NCBI GenBank assembly: GCA_965261345.1
Contig: OZ253449.1
Span: 1,440,001-1,504,000, forward strand
DNA: 64,000 bases
Reading direction: 5' to 3'
Origin: Chloroflexota bacterium
Lineage (GTDB): Bacteria; Chloroflexota; UBA11872; VXNJ01
Shown: in pieces, positions 41,823 to 52,009 of the stretch
How positions within the stretch are numbered: the first letter of the stretch is position 1
Layout: each line of letters begins with the position of its first letter
Made by a program: the position numbers and the translations under genes
Notes under the pieces: generated by a model
What the model was told of the DNA's origin: nothing
The model's input: only the letters and a program-made list of their open reading frames with translations
The model's database searches: none

Positions 41823-42841
41823 TGGATGCGGCGGTGCTGTCGGCCCGTGGACTGTTCAAGTCCTTCGGTCGCGAACCGGTCATCCGGGGGATCGACCTGA
41901 CCCTGGCCCCGGGCGACTCGGTCTCGGTGATGGGCCCATCGGGTTGCGGTAAGACCACCCTGCTGCGTATCCTGGCCGGGCTGCTGCGCCCGGATGCGGG
42001 CACCGTCGCGGTGGGCGGACGCCCGGTCGAAGGCCCTTCGCTGCACGTTCCGCCGGAACGCCGCCGGGTGGTGTTGGTGTTTCAGGACCTGGCCCTTTTT
42101 CCGCACTTGACCGTCGCCCAGAATGCGGCCTTCGGGGTGCGCAAGGGTTCCAAGGTCTCGGTCCCCGACCTGCTCGAGCGGGTCTATCTGACCGGCCTTC
42201 AGGACCGCTTTCCGCACGAGCTCTCGGGCGGGCAGCGACAGCGCGCGGCCATCGTTCGAGCCCTGGCCTGCGAACCCGAACTGGTGCTGCTCGATGAACC
42301 GTTCGCAAATCTCGACGTGGCCCTGCGCCCGCGGGTTCGCTCCGAGGTAAGTCGGCTGCTCGCCGACGCCGGGGTGCCCAGCCTGCTTATGACCCACGAC
42401 CTGGCCGACGCCTTAGATTTTTCGCGCAAGCTGGCGGTCATCGTGCGCGGCCGGCTGGTCCAGTCGGGCACCCCCAGCGAGCTCTACCACAACCCGGTGA
42501 CCCCGGAGGTGGCCGGCTTGCTCGGGTCCATAAACCTGGTTCCGGCCGAGGCCCGCGGACCCGTCGCCGATTGCGAGTTCGGCCAGGTCTTTCTGGTGTC
42601 CGACCAGCGCGGCAAGGTCCTTTTGGCGCTGCGGCCGGAGTCGCTTACGGTGCAGCGCGCGCCGCTGGCCCGGGCCCGGGCCAGCGAAGTCGCGTTCGCC
42701 GGTGATCACACCGAGGTGCGGGTGCAGCTGCCCTCGGGTCGCACGATCGCAGCCTGGGCGGCTCCGGATTCAGGGATCGAGCCGGGCAACGGGGTCAAGA
42801 TCGCCTGCCCCCGCAAGGTGCCGGCGTTCCGGCTGGTGTAG
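41819..42841 (+). CDS. Fe(III) ABC transporter ATP-binding protein (FbpC-like)
   Basis: [23 protein letters not shown]-terminal TOBE-like region. Confidence 0.93.
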   Translation: MMDAAVLSARGLFKSFGREPVIRGIDLTLAPGDSVSVMGPSGCGKTTLLRILAGLLRPDAGTVAVGGRPVEGPSLHVPPERRRVVLVFQDLALFPHLTVAQNAAFGVRKGSKVSVPDLLERVYLTGLQDRFPHELSGGQRQRAAIVRALACEPELVLLDEPFANLDVALRPRVRSEVSRLLADAGVPSLLMTHDLADALDFSRKLAVIVRGRLVQSGTPSELYHNPVTPEVAGLLGSINLVPAEARGPVADCEFGQVFLVSDQRGKVLLALRPESLTVQRAPLARARASEVAFAGDHTEVRVQLPSGRTIAAWAAPDSGIEPGNGVKIACPRKVPAFRLV

Positions 42842-42852
42842 ACCGCCGGCCG

Positions 42853-44292
42853 CTAGGCGCCGGTCACCTGCCGGCCGCGGCGCAGGATTTCGGTAAGTTC
42901 ACCCTCCGACGGGCATTCTCCGTAGATCCGCAGCAGCGGTTCGGTGCCCGAGAACCGGATCAGCAGCCAGGATCCGTCGGCGAGGACATATTTGTAACCG
43001 TCGAAACTGAGCCGCTCAACGACATCCTGCCCGATCAGGCTGGCCGGTTCCCAGGAGTCGACCGAGCGCAGTATCTCGGCCCGGCGGCGCGAGTCGAATT
43101 CGATGTCGATCCGGGAGTAGTGGTAGCGGCGACCGAGTAAGTCAAAGAGCTGTTCCACCAGCTCGGTGGGTTTGGCGTTAAGCCGTTGCATCAGTTGTAG
43201 GAAAGCCAACCCGGAATAGATCCCGTCGCGCTCGGGCATGTGGCGAGCGATCACGTAACCGCCGCTCTCCTCGCCACCCAACGCCGCACCGACCTCAACC
43301 ATCTTGGGCGCCACGAATTTCATCCCCACCCCGGTTTCGTATACCGCCTGGGAGTGGATCTGGCCCAGCCGGTCAAGCATCGCCGAGGTGGTCACGGTTT
43401 TTACCAGCGGTCCGGCGGTGGCCGGATCCCGCAGGATCCCCCAGGCCAGCAGCGACATCACCCGCAGCTGGTCGACGAACCGACCCTGTTCGTCAACGAT
43501 TCCCAAGCGGTCGGCGTCGCCGTCGTTGAGGATCCCCACCGCCGCCGCGCAGTCTCGCACCGCATCCTGGCCGGCCTGGCAGTGGGGCGGAATTGGCTCG
43601 GGGCGGGCAAGCCCGGGAAAATTCGGATTGTGTTCACTGCGGACCTCGATCAAGTCCGGTTTGACGCCGGCTTGGGCGAAGGCGCGGGCGAGGTATCCGG
43701 CCCCGGACCCGAACATCGAATCGACCACAATCTTGCCGGTACCAGCCAGCGCTGCGAGGTCGAAATGCTCAGTTAGCTGGGCCAGGTAACCCGGAGCCGC
43801 GTCGAAGTAGGTCAGTCGGCCCGAAGACTGGGCCTCAGATAGGGAGGTGAGCTGAAAATCGCCGGCCCGCCGGGCAATATTCTGCTCGATCGCCGAAGTC
43901 TGTTCGGGCCCCAGCGCCGCCCCGGTGCCGTCACGCAGCTTGATTCCGTTGTCGGCCGGCGGGTTGTGCGAGGCGGTGACAATGACCGCCCCGGCGGCCG
44001 GCAAGCGGCCGGCGGCAAAGGCGATCGCCGGAGTGGGGCTGGGATCCGAGGTGATGGCGCAATCGATCCCGTTGGCGGAGAGCACCTGGCCGAACCGCTC
44101 GGCGAACTGGGCCGAACCGAAGCGCCGATCGTAGCCAATTACGATCGGATGCGCCAGATTCCAGGCGTCCTTGGCGTAATCGGCCAATCCCTGGGCCACG
44201 CGAGCCACGTTGTAGAACGTGTAATCTCCCGCTATCTGGGCCCGCCACCCGTCGGTGCCAAATGAAATCGGGTCGATTGCCGGTGCGCTCAA
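42853..44292 (-). CDS. Phosphoglucomutase/phosphomannomutase
   Basis: FGTDGWR, TASHNP, DGDADR, GGEESG, RFSGTEP. Confidence 0.95.
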   Translation of the reverse strand: MSAPAIDPISFGTDGWRAQIAGDYTFYNVARVAQGLADYAKDAWNLAHPIVIGYDRRFGSAQFAERFGQVLSANGIDCAITSDPSPTPAIAFAAGRLPAAGAVIVTASHNPPADNGIKLRDGTGAALGPEQTSAIEQNIARRAGDFQLTSLSEAQSSGRLTYFDAAPGYLAQLTEHFDLAALAGTGKIVVDSMFGSGAGYLARAFAQAGVKPDLIEVRSEHNPNFPGLARPEPIPPHCQAGQDAVRDCAAAVGILNDGDADRLGIVDEQGRFVDQLRVMSLLAWGILRDPATAGPLVKTVTTSAMLDRLGQIHSQAVYETGVGMKFVAPKMVEVGAALGGEESGGYVIARHMPERDGIYSGLAFLQLMQRLNAKPTELVEQLFDLLGRRYHYSRIDIEFDSRRRAEILRSVDSWEPASLIGQDVVERLSFDGYKYVLADGSWLLIRFSGTEPLLRIYGECPSEGELTEILRRGRQVTGA

Positions 44293-44305
44293 AGTTTGTA
44301 GTCCT

Positions 44306-45265
44306 TTACTGCTGCGATTGGGCCTCCGCCGGCCCGGGCAGGTTGTTTAGTTCATAGTCGATTGAATCGGCAATGCTCTGCTCGAGTTCGATTACGGGCG
44401 CCCAGCCGCATTCGGTGGCAATCTTGGCGTTGCTGCCCTCCAGGTAGGGGAGCGAGCCGCCGCCGGCGCGGGAGGTAATTTCCAACCGGCAGCCGGCATG
44501 GGCGGCAAAGCGGTCGACTAAGTCGGTAATGGCGATCGCCCGGCCCGAGCAGACGTTGTAGGCCTGCCCCGGGCGCCCGCGGGAAACGATCGCTCGGTAA
44601 GCTCCCACCACGTCCCTAACGTCGCAGTAGTCGCGCCAGTCCGACAGGTCGCCCAGGGAAAGCGCAGGCCGCTCCCGGCCGGTGGCGATTCGGGCAATCT
44701 GGCGGGCCAGCTTGCCGGGCAGGAAATCAGGGCTTTGGCCCGGACCGAGATGGTTGAAGGGCCGCGCCACAAGCACCTCCAGGCCTGATCCGGGCCGACC
44801 CCTAACGGCCAGTTCGCCGGCCAACTTGGTAGCCGCGTAGCAGTCGCGCGGGGCCGGCGGAAAGCATTCGTCAAGCGGGCAGGCCGAGCGCTCGACCTGG
44901 CCATAGACGGCGGCGCTCGAGACGAACAGCAGCCGCGATCCGGCCGCGTGGGTCGAGAGCGAATCGAGCAGGTTGAGGGTCCCGATCAGGTTTACCTCCC
45001 AGGCCAGCCGCTGGTCCTGCGCCGCCCGCTGCGGGGCCGCGACGGCGGCCAGATGGTAGGTCACCGTCGGGCGCACCCGCCGGATCGCCGCCTCCAGGGC
45101 CGGGCGATCGGTAATGTCGCAGGGCAGATTACCGCTAGCGCCGCGGTCGGCGGGGGCCAGGCCAAGCCCGACCACGCTCTGGCCAGCGCGGCGCAGATCG
45201 GCCACCAAGCATCGCCCGGCAAAACCGCTGGCGCCGGTTACCAGTACCGGCCCGGCCAAGGGCAC
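44306..45265 (-). CDS. NAD-dependent sugar-nucleotide epimerase/dehydratase (GDP-4-keto-6-deoxymannose reductase-like)
   Basis: LVTGASGFAG, SSAAVYG, YAATK, RPFNHLGPGQ, RDYCDVRDVV. Confidence 0.88.
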   Translation of the reverse strand: MPLAGPVLVTGASGFAGRCLVADLRRAGQSVVGLGLAPADRGASGNLPCDITDRPALEAAIRRVRPTVTYHLAAVAAPQRAAQDQRLAWEVNLIGTLNLLDSLSTHAAGSRLLFVSSAAVYGQVERSACPLDECFPPAPRDCYAATKLAGELAVRGRPGSGLEVLVARPFNHLGPGQSPDFLPGKLARQIARIATGRERPALSLGDLSDWRDYCDVRDVVGAYRAIVSRGRPGQAYNVCSGRAIAITDLVDRFAAHAGCRLEITSRAGGGSLPYLEGSNAKIATECGWAPVIELEQSIADSIDYELNNLPGPAEAQSQQ

Positions 45266-45283
45266 CGGCCCCGCCTTAGGAAG

Positions 45284-45790
45284 CTATTCCAGAGTTATGA
45301 ATTCGCTAGCTACCCAGCCGCCATTGGTCAGTTCGAGCCAGGTGAAGGTCGCGCCCACGGTTTCGTTACCGGTAAGTGAGACGGTCGAACCGTCGGTGAG
45401 GGTTTCTAGGATCTCACTGTCGAGCGAGGCTTCGGTGCGCACGTTGAGGGTGCCGCCATCGGTCGCCACCGTCCCGGACTGCAGCGGGCCGGGGACGCCG
45501 CTATCCGGCGATGCTCGCGGGGTCGGGGTCGGTATGACGATGGTCTGGGTCGGCAGCGGAGTGGGTTCGGGAGTTACCGTAACGATCACCGGCGGCGCGG
45601 TGGCCGGCAGGTCATCGATCTGCGACTGCAGGTCCATGACCGTCAGTTCGATGGCCGCCACCCGCTCATCGAGCAAGGAATCGGTCGCCGGCGCCTCGAC
45701 CTCCTGGTCGCAGGCTGCCAGCAGCCCGACCGCGAGCGCGCAGCCGAGTAGGACCGCAACCATCCGGCCGCGGGTTGAGTTGAAATTCAT
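45284..45790 (-). CDS. SH3b-domain lipoprotein with Pro/Thr-rich linker
   Basis: Lipobox LLAAC, TPEPTPLPT linker, LNVRTEAS...W...GWVASEFI. Confidence 0.85.
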   Translation of the reverse strand: MNFNSTRGRMVAVLLGCALAVGLLAACDQEVEAPATDSLLDERVAAIELTVMDLQSQIDDLPATAPPVIVTVTPEPTPLPTQTIVIPTPTPRASPDSGVPGPLQSGTVATDGGTLNVRTEASLDSEILETLTDGSTVSLTGNETVGATFTWLELTNGGWVASEFITLE

Positions 45791-46452
45791 CGCGTGGCTC
45801 CTTCGAGCAGAGATTTGAGGCGCAGAACGCCTTGATGCGGGCTCGAAAGCACGCGGTTGGAAACGTCATCGGAAAGATTGGCGATCGCCCCAGTCATTGA
45901 ATACTGGGCCAGCATTACCACGTCGCAATCCCGGGCCAGTTCGCTTGCCGCCTCCGCCACCAGCCGATCGGCGCGGTCCTTGTCGCCGGCCTTGAGCGCG
46001 GCAAAGGCCGGCTCACAGAGCCTGCCTTGGACGGTGATCGCCCGGCCGTGGGCGGCATTCTGCAGCGCCTGCTCGGCGGTGACCAATGCCGAGGGCACGG
46101 TGGCCACGACCCCGATCCGACGGCCGCGGGCCAAGGCCTCGTCGACCAGCGCATCGTCAGCGCGCAGGAAGGGAACCTCCACCAGGTCCTGGAACCCGGC
46201 CGCGGCCGGACCAAAACTCGAACAGGTCAATAGCACCGCGTCGGCTCCGGCGCTCTGCCCATAGCGGACCAGGTTGGCCAGGCGCGCCAGCAGCGGCTCG
46301 GTCACCTCGCCGTTGGCGGCGGCCAGATCACCAAGTAGCGAATCGTCCAAAATGTTGGACAGTTCAGCTTCCGGATAAATCTCGGCAAAGGCGCTATTGA
46401 TGGGTTCGACGGCCAGGTCGGTGGCATGAACCAGGGCTACTCGGGCGGCCAA
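45787..46452 (-). CDS. Asp/Glu/hydantoin racemase family protein
   Basis: LVHAT, LDDSLL, ADAVLLTCSSFG, IGVVAT, DVVMLAQYSM, VLSSP. Confidence 0.85.
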   Translation of the reverse strand: MAARVALVHATDLAVEPINSAFAEIYPEAELSNILDDSLLGDLAAANGEVTEPLLARLANLVRYGQSAGADAVLLTCSSFGPAAAGFQDLVEVPFLRADDALVDEALARGRRIGVVATVPSALVTAEQALQNAAHGRAITVQGRLCEPAFAALKAGDKDRADRLVAEAASELARDCDVVMLAQYSMTGAIANLSDDVSNRVLSSPHQGVLRLKSLLEGATR

Positions 46453-46549
46453 GGCAATCCTTCGGTTTGGGCGGCCCACCACGAGGGCGGGTCAAAGGGT
46501 CCTGCAAATTCTATTTGCCGGCCCAACCGGGCCGGTTGGAGGGCGTCCG

Positions 46550-47461
46550 ATCGCCGGTCCTAGACCGCTCGGCGCACACGTCTCGGCCACCATCCGGAAC
46601 AATTTCGGGCTGGACCGGATGGCCGAGCTCGATATTGGCTGCGCCCAGATTTTCGGCTCCAACAAGATGCAGTGGCGGCCGCGCAAATTTAACCCCCAGC
46701 AGGTGGCCGACTATCGTCGGGTGGCGGCCGCGGCCGGCCGCGGGCCGGTCTTTTCACACGGAATCTACCTGGCCAATTTCGGTGCCCGCGACGCCAACCC
46801 TCCGGTCTGGCAGAAATCGATTGCGGCCACGATCGCCGGGCTGGAGATCTGCGACCGGCTGGGATTGGCCGGGCTTATCGTCCATCTGGGCAGCAACTAC
46901 GGTCGGGGACTTGCCGGCGTATTCGACTCGGTTGTATGTGCCCTCGACCAGGTCCTGGCGGCCCACCGCGGAACGGCCAAATTGATCCTGGAAAACTCGG
47001 CCGGATCGGAACGGATCATCGGCGGCCGGCTGGCCGAGCTGGGCCAGATAATGGCCGGACTCAAGTCGTCGTCCAAGGTCGCGATCTGCATCGATACCGC
47101 CCATGCGTTCGCCTTCGGCTACGACCTGCGGAAGGATGCCGGGGTCGCCTCCCTGGCCAACGACTTAGAGCAGCACATCGGCGCTGAAAACCTTGCGGTA
47201 ATGCACGTTAACGACTCCAAGGCCGAGTGCCTCTCGCTGCGCGATCGCCACGCCAACCTGGGCGAGGGCCACATCGGCTTGGAGGGAATATCCAAGACGG
47301 TCCGGCACCCACTCTTTGCCAATGCCCCGCTGGTCCTGGAAACGCCCGGGTTTGCCGACGAGGGCCCGGATGCGGCCAATCTGGCCCTTTTGGCGATAGC
47401 TGCCGGGCAGGGCGACGGCGATCCCGCGGAGATCATCGCCCAGGCTCGGGCCGCCGATTAG
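46550..47461 (+). CDS. nfo: Endonuclease IV (AP endonuclease); probable non-canonical ATC start
   Basis: GAHVS (upstream of the first ATG), HGIYLAN, HLGS, LENSAG, CIDTAH, HVNDSK, DRHANLGEG, LETP. Confidence 0.93.
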   Translation: MAGPRPLGAHVSATIRNNFGLDRMAELDIGCAQIFGSNKMQWRPRKFNPQQVADYRRVAAAAGRGPVFSHGIYLANFGARDANPPVWQKSIAATIAGLEICDRLGLAGLIVHLGSNYGRGLAGVFDSVVCALDQVLAAHRGTAKLILENSAGSERIIGGRLAELGQIMAGLKSSSKVAICIDTAHAFAFGYDLRKDAGVASLANDLEQHIGAENLAVMHVNDSKAECLSLRDRHANLGEGHIGLEGISKTVRHPLFANAPLVLETPGFADEGPDAANLALLAIAAGQGDGDPAEIIAQARAAD

Positions 47462-47553
47462 GCCCCCCGCCAGTCCGGGCCAATCTCGGGATAATGCTAA
47501 AATCGCCTCTGTTTTGCCCCCCTTGGCCAAGCTGTAGTCACTGGTATTTATAG

Positions 47554-47757
47554 ATGCCGAAAATGAAGACTCGCAAAGCTGCCGCCAAGCGCATCCGGGT
47601 CACCCGCAACGGCAAGATGCTCCACGCCAAAGGCACTGCCGGGCACCTGCGCGGCAAGAAGAGTTATCGCGCCCGCAAGGCCAAACACGTCCCGCGCCAT
47701 CTCTCGCCGGCCTTTGTCAAGCGCGTGCGGGCAATGCTCAACCCAAAATCCCTCTAG
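47554..47757 (+). CDS. rpmI: 50S ribosomal protein L35
   Basis: MPKMKTRKAAAKRIRVTRNGK; upstream of rplT. Confidence 0.96.
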   Translation: MPKMKTRKAAAKRIRVTRNGKMLHAKGTAGHLRGKKSYRARKAKHVPRHLSPAFVKRVRAMLNPKSL

Positions 47758-47777
47758 TTAACTAGCGCCCTCCCCCA

Positions 47778-48137
47778 ATGGCCAGAGCCACCAACGCGGT
47801 CGCCCGCCACCGCCGTCACCGCAAATTAATAAAGCTCGGCAAGGGTCGCTACGGCGCCCGCCACCGCCTTTTCCGGGTTGCCAAGGAAGCCGAGCGCCAC
47901 GCCCAGGATTACGCCTACATCGGGCGGCGGCTGCGCAAGCGCGACATGCGCCGTCTCTGGATCATGCGCATCAACGCCGCCGCACGCGCCAACGGCCTCC
48001 CCTACGGGCGCTTTATCGCCGGTCTGCGCAAGGCCGAAATCGTAGTTGACCGAAAGGTCTTAGCCGAGTTGGCGGTCTCCCACCCGGAGGTGTTTGCGGT
48101 ACTTTGCAGTTCGGCGGCCAAGGCGCTAGCGGCCTAA
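47778..48137 (+). CDS. rplT: 50S ribosomal protein L20
   Basis: AYIGRRLRKRDMRRLWIMRINAAAR...DRKVLAELAV. Confidence 0.98.
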   Translation: MARATNAVARHRRHRKLIKLGKGRYGARHRLFRVAKEAERHAQDYAYIGRRLRKRDMRRLWIMRINAAARANGLPYGRFIAGLRKAEIVVDRKVLAELAVSHPEVFAVLCSSAAKALAA

Positions 48138-48174
48138 TCGGCCGCGGCCGAACCTGGCCACCCGCCGACCCGCA

Positions 48175-49191
48175 ATGCAAGCCCAGATCCAGGAGCTGGT
48201 GGAACGCGCCAACGCCGAACTGGCCGCCGCCGGGCTCGACCAGCTTGAGGAGTGGCGCCAGCAGTTCTTGGGGCGCTCGGGCGAACTGACCCTGGCGCTG
48301 CGCCAGATCGGCCGGTTGCCGCCCGACCAGCGTCCGGCCGCCGGGGCGGCCGGCAACGCCGCCCGGGCCAGGCTCACGACCCTGCTCGAAGACCGCCGCG
48401 GCGAGCTCGCCAGCGCTGATCTGGGGCCGCTCGACGTGACCATGCCCGGGATCTCACCGAGGACCGGCGCCCTGCACCCGATCACCGCCACGATCAATGA
48501 AATCTGCCAGGTACTGGCGCGGATCGGATTCCGCCGGGTTTCCAGTCGCGAGGTCGAATCGGAGAGTTACAACTTCTCCAAGCTCAACATCCCGGCCGAT
48601 CACCCCGCCCGCGACATGTGGGACACGTTTTTTATCGACGCTCCCGCCTTCGCCGACGGGATGCTGCTGCGAACCCACACCTCGCCGGCGCAAGCGCGGG
48701 TCATGGAGCAGGTCGATCCCCCGGTGCGGATCATCGTCCCCGGCAAGGCCTTTCGCTACGAGGACGTCGACGCTAGCCACGAGGCGATGTTTCACCAGAT
48801 CGAGGGCCTGGCGATCGATTCGGCGATCACCATGGCGGATCTGCGCGGGACGCTGGAGTTTCTGGTGCGCTCGCTCTTTGGCCAACAACGGAAGCTGCGA
48901 ATCCGCGGGAGCTACTTTCCCTTCACCGAGCCCTCCTGCGAGGCCGACATGTCCTGCCCCTTCTGCCGCCAAAAGGGCTGCCGGGTGTGCGGACGGACTG
49001 GTTGGGTGGAACTGCTCGGCGCCGGCATGGTTCACCCCGACGTGTTGGCCAACGTTGGTTACGATCCCGAGCGCTACTGCGGTTTCGCCTTCGGAATGGG
49101 GGTCGAACGGATCGCCATGATCCGCCATGGGATCGACGATATCCGCAATTTCTATCGCAACGATCTGCGCTTCCTGGGCCAGTTCGTGTGA
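48175..49191 (+). CDS. pheS: Phenylalanine--tRNA ligase alpha subunit
   Basis: HPARDMWDTF, LRTHTSPAQ, FHQIEGL, YFPFTEPS, GFAFGMGVERI. Confidence 0.98.
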   Translation: MQAQIQELVERANAELAAAGLDQLEEWRQQFLGRSGELTLALRQIGRLPPDQRPAAGAAGNAARARLTTLLEDRRGELASADLGPLDVTMPGISPRTGALHPITATINEICQVLARIGFRRVSSREVESESYNFSKLNIPADHPARDMWDTFFIDAPAFADGMLLRTHTSPAQARVMEQVDPPVRIIVPGKAFRYEDVDASHEAMFHQIEGLAIDSAITMADLRGTLEFLVRSLFGQQRKLRIRGSYFPFTEPSCEADMSCPFCRQKGCRVCGRTGWVELLGAGMVHPDVLANVGYDPERYCGFAFGMGVERIAMIRHGIDDIRNFYRNDLRFLGQFV

Positions 49192-49219
49192 AGTCGTTGG
49201 GCACTTTAAGGAACCCCTG

Positions 49220-51682
49220 ATGCGGGTGCCGCTGCTCTGGCTAGCCGACTATCTCGACCTGACCGCCGACGCCGGCGCGATCGCCGAGAAGCTGACCATG
49301 GCCGGGATCGAGGTGGCCGCGGTCGAGACCCGCGGGGCCCATTGGGGCGAGCAGATCTTCATCGGTCGGGTGGTGGCGATTGCGCCGCATCCCAATGCCG
49401 ACCGCCTGGTCCTGGCCACCGTCGACTACGGCGCCGGCGAAATCCGGGTCGTAACCGGGGCGAGCAATTTCGCGGTGGGCGATCGGGTTCCGATCGCGCT
49501 CGCCGGGGCCCAGCTCTACAACGCCTACAAACCGGATCGTCCGCTCGAGGAGTTAAAACCGACCAAATTGCGCGGGGTCGAGAGCTCCGGAATGATCTGC
49601 TCAGAAGCCGAACTCGGGCTTTCGGACGAGCATTCCGGGATCATGCTGCTGCCCGCCGATGCCCCGGTCGGCGATCGATTGGTCAACTACCTGGGCGGGC
49701 AGGCAATCGAGCTCGACCTAAAGCCCGACCGGGCCGATTGCCTGGCGATGCTCGGGGTTGCCCGCTATGTGGCCGGCCTGCTAGACCAACCCTTCAAACC
49801 GCCCGCGGTCCCCACCACCGATTCGCAGCTGGCGCCACCGCCGCTGGAGGTAGTCATCCAGGATCCGGCCGACTGCCCGCGCTACTCGGTCGGCTACCTA
49901 CAGGACGTGGTGATCGGTCCCTCGCCGGCCTGGTTGGCCCAGCGCCTGGAGGCCGCCGGCCAACGCCCGATCAACAACATCGTTGACATAACCAACTTCG
50001 TAATGCTCGAGTATGGCCAGCCGCTGCACGCTTTTGATAACGATCGCCTGCGCGGCCATCAAATCATGGTGCGCCGCGCCGCGCCGGGTGAAAAACTACT
50101 CACCCTCGATCGGGTCGAACGGGAGCTCGCGCCCACCGACCTGGTGATCGCCGATTCGCAGGGGCCGGTCGGCCTGGCCGGGGTCATGGGCGGTCTAAAT
50201 TCGGAAATTACTGGAGAAACCCGGACCATCCTGCTCGAATCGGCCAATTTCGCCGCGCCCCGGATCCGCGCCACCGCCCGCCGCCTGGGGCTGCCCAGCG
50301 AGGCCGCCAAGCGCTTTGAGAATCGGATATCGCCCGAGACCACCGTACCGGCGCTGCAGCGGGCGATCGCCCTGGCCGAGGCGATCGGTGCCGGTCGCGG
50401 GCTTTTCCTGTGGACCGATTCCTACCCGATACCCCAGCAACGCCGCACGATCGATTTTGATCTGGACCAGATCCGGCGTCTGCTGGGGGTCAACTACCCG
50501 CGTGCCCAGGTGGCTTCGGCATTGACCCGGGCGGGTTTTGCGGTTACCGACAATGGCGCCGATCTGGCCGTGACGGTGCCCCACTTTCGCGGAGACGTTA
50601 TGGGCTCGGCCGACCTGGTGGAGGAGGTCGCCGCGATGATTGGGTTCGATACGATCCCGGCGACCCTGCCGGACGGCGGGATGGCCGACCAGGTCCCGCT
50701 CGAGTACGATTCCCGCCGCGAACTGGCCCGGGCGGCGATGGTCAGTGCCGGCTACCGGGAGGCGATCACCTACGTGCTCACCAGTCCCGCTGAGCTGGCC
50801 AAGCTCAACCCGGAGTCGGGCGGGCCCGCCTGCGAGCTGGGATCGCGGCTGGCGGACCTGCTCATGCCCTGGCCGATGGAGCCGCTGGCCGTCCACAATC
50901 CGCTGCGCTCGGCTGAAAGCGTGCTAAAGACCGCCACCCTGCCGCACCTGCTGCAGGCGCTTGCCGCCAACCTGCGCTACGCCGCCGCCGATGTGGCCCT
51001 CTTCGAATTGGGCACGATCTACGTGCCGCGGGCGGGGCAGTTGCCCGACGAGCGCTCGCTGGTCTCGGCGGTGCTTTCCGGTTCGGCGGCGATTCCGGCT
51101 TGGCAGGGGAACCGCCCCAACAGCTTTTTCGACATCAAGGGAACGGCCGAGGTTCTGCTCTCGCGGATGGGGGTTAAGGCCGGTTTTGAGGCCGCCGCCC
51201 ATCCGGCCTTCGCCCCCGGTCGACTGGCGGTGATCTCGGCCGGCGACGAGGTTATTGGCGCGGTCGGCCAGCTCGATCCCGGGGTCCTAGACGGCTTTGA
51301 CATCGCCGAACCGGCCTTTGCCCTGTTAGCGAGCCTGGACAAACTGCTCCAGCACTCCGACGGGCCGGCCCAGTACGTGAACCTACCGCGTTATCCGGCG
51401 GTCCTGCGCGACATCTCGATCGTGATCGATCCGATCCACCCTTCGGCCGCGGTCGAGGCCTTAATCCGCTCTGCCGCCGGCCCGCTGATGGACGGCGTGC
51501 GACTGGTTGACGAATACAGCGGTGAGCAGGTCCCCGCGGGAATGCGCGGCCTGACCTATGCGATCTCCTACCGCGACGACTCGCGCACCTTAACTGAGAA
51601 AGCGATCGAACGGCCGCACCGCGGGGTGGTCAAGGCGCTGCGCGGAAAGTTCGGCGCGCGGTTGCGCTCGGACACCGGCTAG
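49220..51682 (+). CDS. pheT: Phenylalanine--tRNA ligase beta subunit
   Basis: HPNADRL, LRGVESSGMICS, PDRADCL, INNIVDITNFVMLEYGQPLHAFD, C-terminal RDIS...RTLT anticodon-binding domain. Confidence 0.98.
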   Translation: MRVPLLWLADYLDLTADAGAIAEKLTMAGIEVAAVETRGAHWGEQIFIGRVVAIAPHPNADRLVLATVDYGAGEIRVVTGASNFAVGDRVPIALAGAQLYNAYKPDRPLEELKPTKLRGVESSGMICSEAELGLSDEHSGIMLLPADAPVGDRLVNYLGGQAIELDLKPDRADCLAMLGVARYVAGLLDQPFKPPAVPTTDSQLAPPPLEVVIQDPADCPRYSVGYLQDVVIGPSPAWLAQRLEAAGQRPINNIVDITNFVMLEYGQPLHAFDNDRLRGHQIMVRRAAPGEKLLTLDRVERELAPTDLVIADSQGPVGLAGVMGGLNSEITGETRTILLESANFAAPRIRATARRLGLPSEAAKRFENRISPETTVPALQRAIALAEAIGAGRGLFLWTDSYPIPQQRRTIDFDLDQIRRLLGVNYPRAQVASALTRAGFAVTDNGADLAVTVPHFRGDVMGSADLVEEVAAMIGFDTIPATLPDGGMADQVPLEYDSRRELARAAMVSAGYREAITYVLTSPAELAKLNPESGGPACELGSRLADLLMPWPMEPLAVHNPLRSAESVLKTATLPHLLQALAANLRYAAADVALFELGTIYVPRAGQLPDERSLVSAVLSGSAAIPAWQGNRPNSFFDIKGTAEVLLSRMGVKAGFEAAAHPAFAPGRLAVISAGDEVIGAVGQLDPGVLDGFDIAEPAFALLASLDKLLQHSDGPAQYVNLPRYPAVLRDISIVIDPIHPSAAVEALIRSAAGPLMDGVRLVDEYSGEQVPAGMRGLTYAISYRDDSRTLTEKAIERPHRGVVKALRGKFGARLRSDTG

Positions 51683-51691
51683 GCCCCGGGC

Positions 51692-52009
51692 GTGCCCTGG
51701 GAGATCCTGATTTTGCTGCTGCTGGCCGGATCGGGGGCGGCGCTGACCTATGGAATGGTGCGACGCTCCTGGGGGTGGCTGCTGCTGGCCGGTTTTCTGG
51801 CGGTGGGCAGTGCGATGCTGCTGCCGCTGGAATCGCTGGCGGCGCTGGTCGCCCTGCTGGGACTGTTTGTCTGGACGGGAGCGGTAATTTTGCGCTATCG
51901 CCGTGGCACCGGCCAGCTGTTTGATTCAGCCCTGCTTGCCATGCCCGCCCTGTTTGCCTATTTCTATTTCGCCCAGATCTATGCCGGCTGGATCCGCGGA
52001 CAGTTCTAG
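51692..52009 (+). CDS. Small hypothetical membrane protein
   Basis: 3-4 hydrophobic segments. Confidence 0.65.
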   Translation: MPWEILILLLLAGSGAALTYGMVRRSWGWLLLAGFLAVGSAMLLPLESLAALVALLGLFVWTGAVILRYRRGTGQLFDSALLAMPALFAYFYFAQIYAGWIRGQF

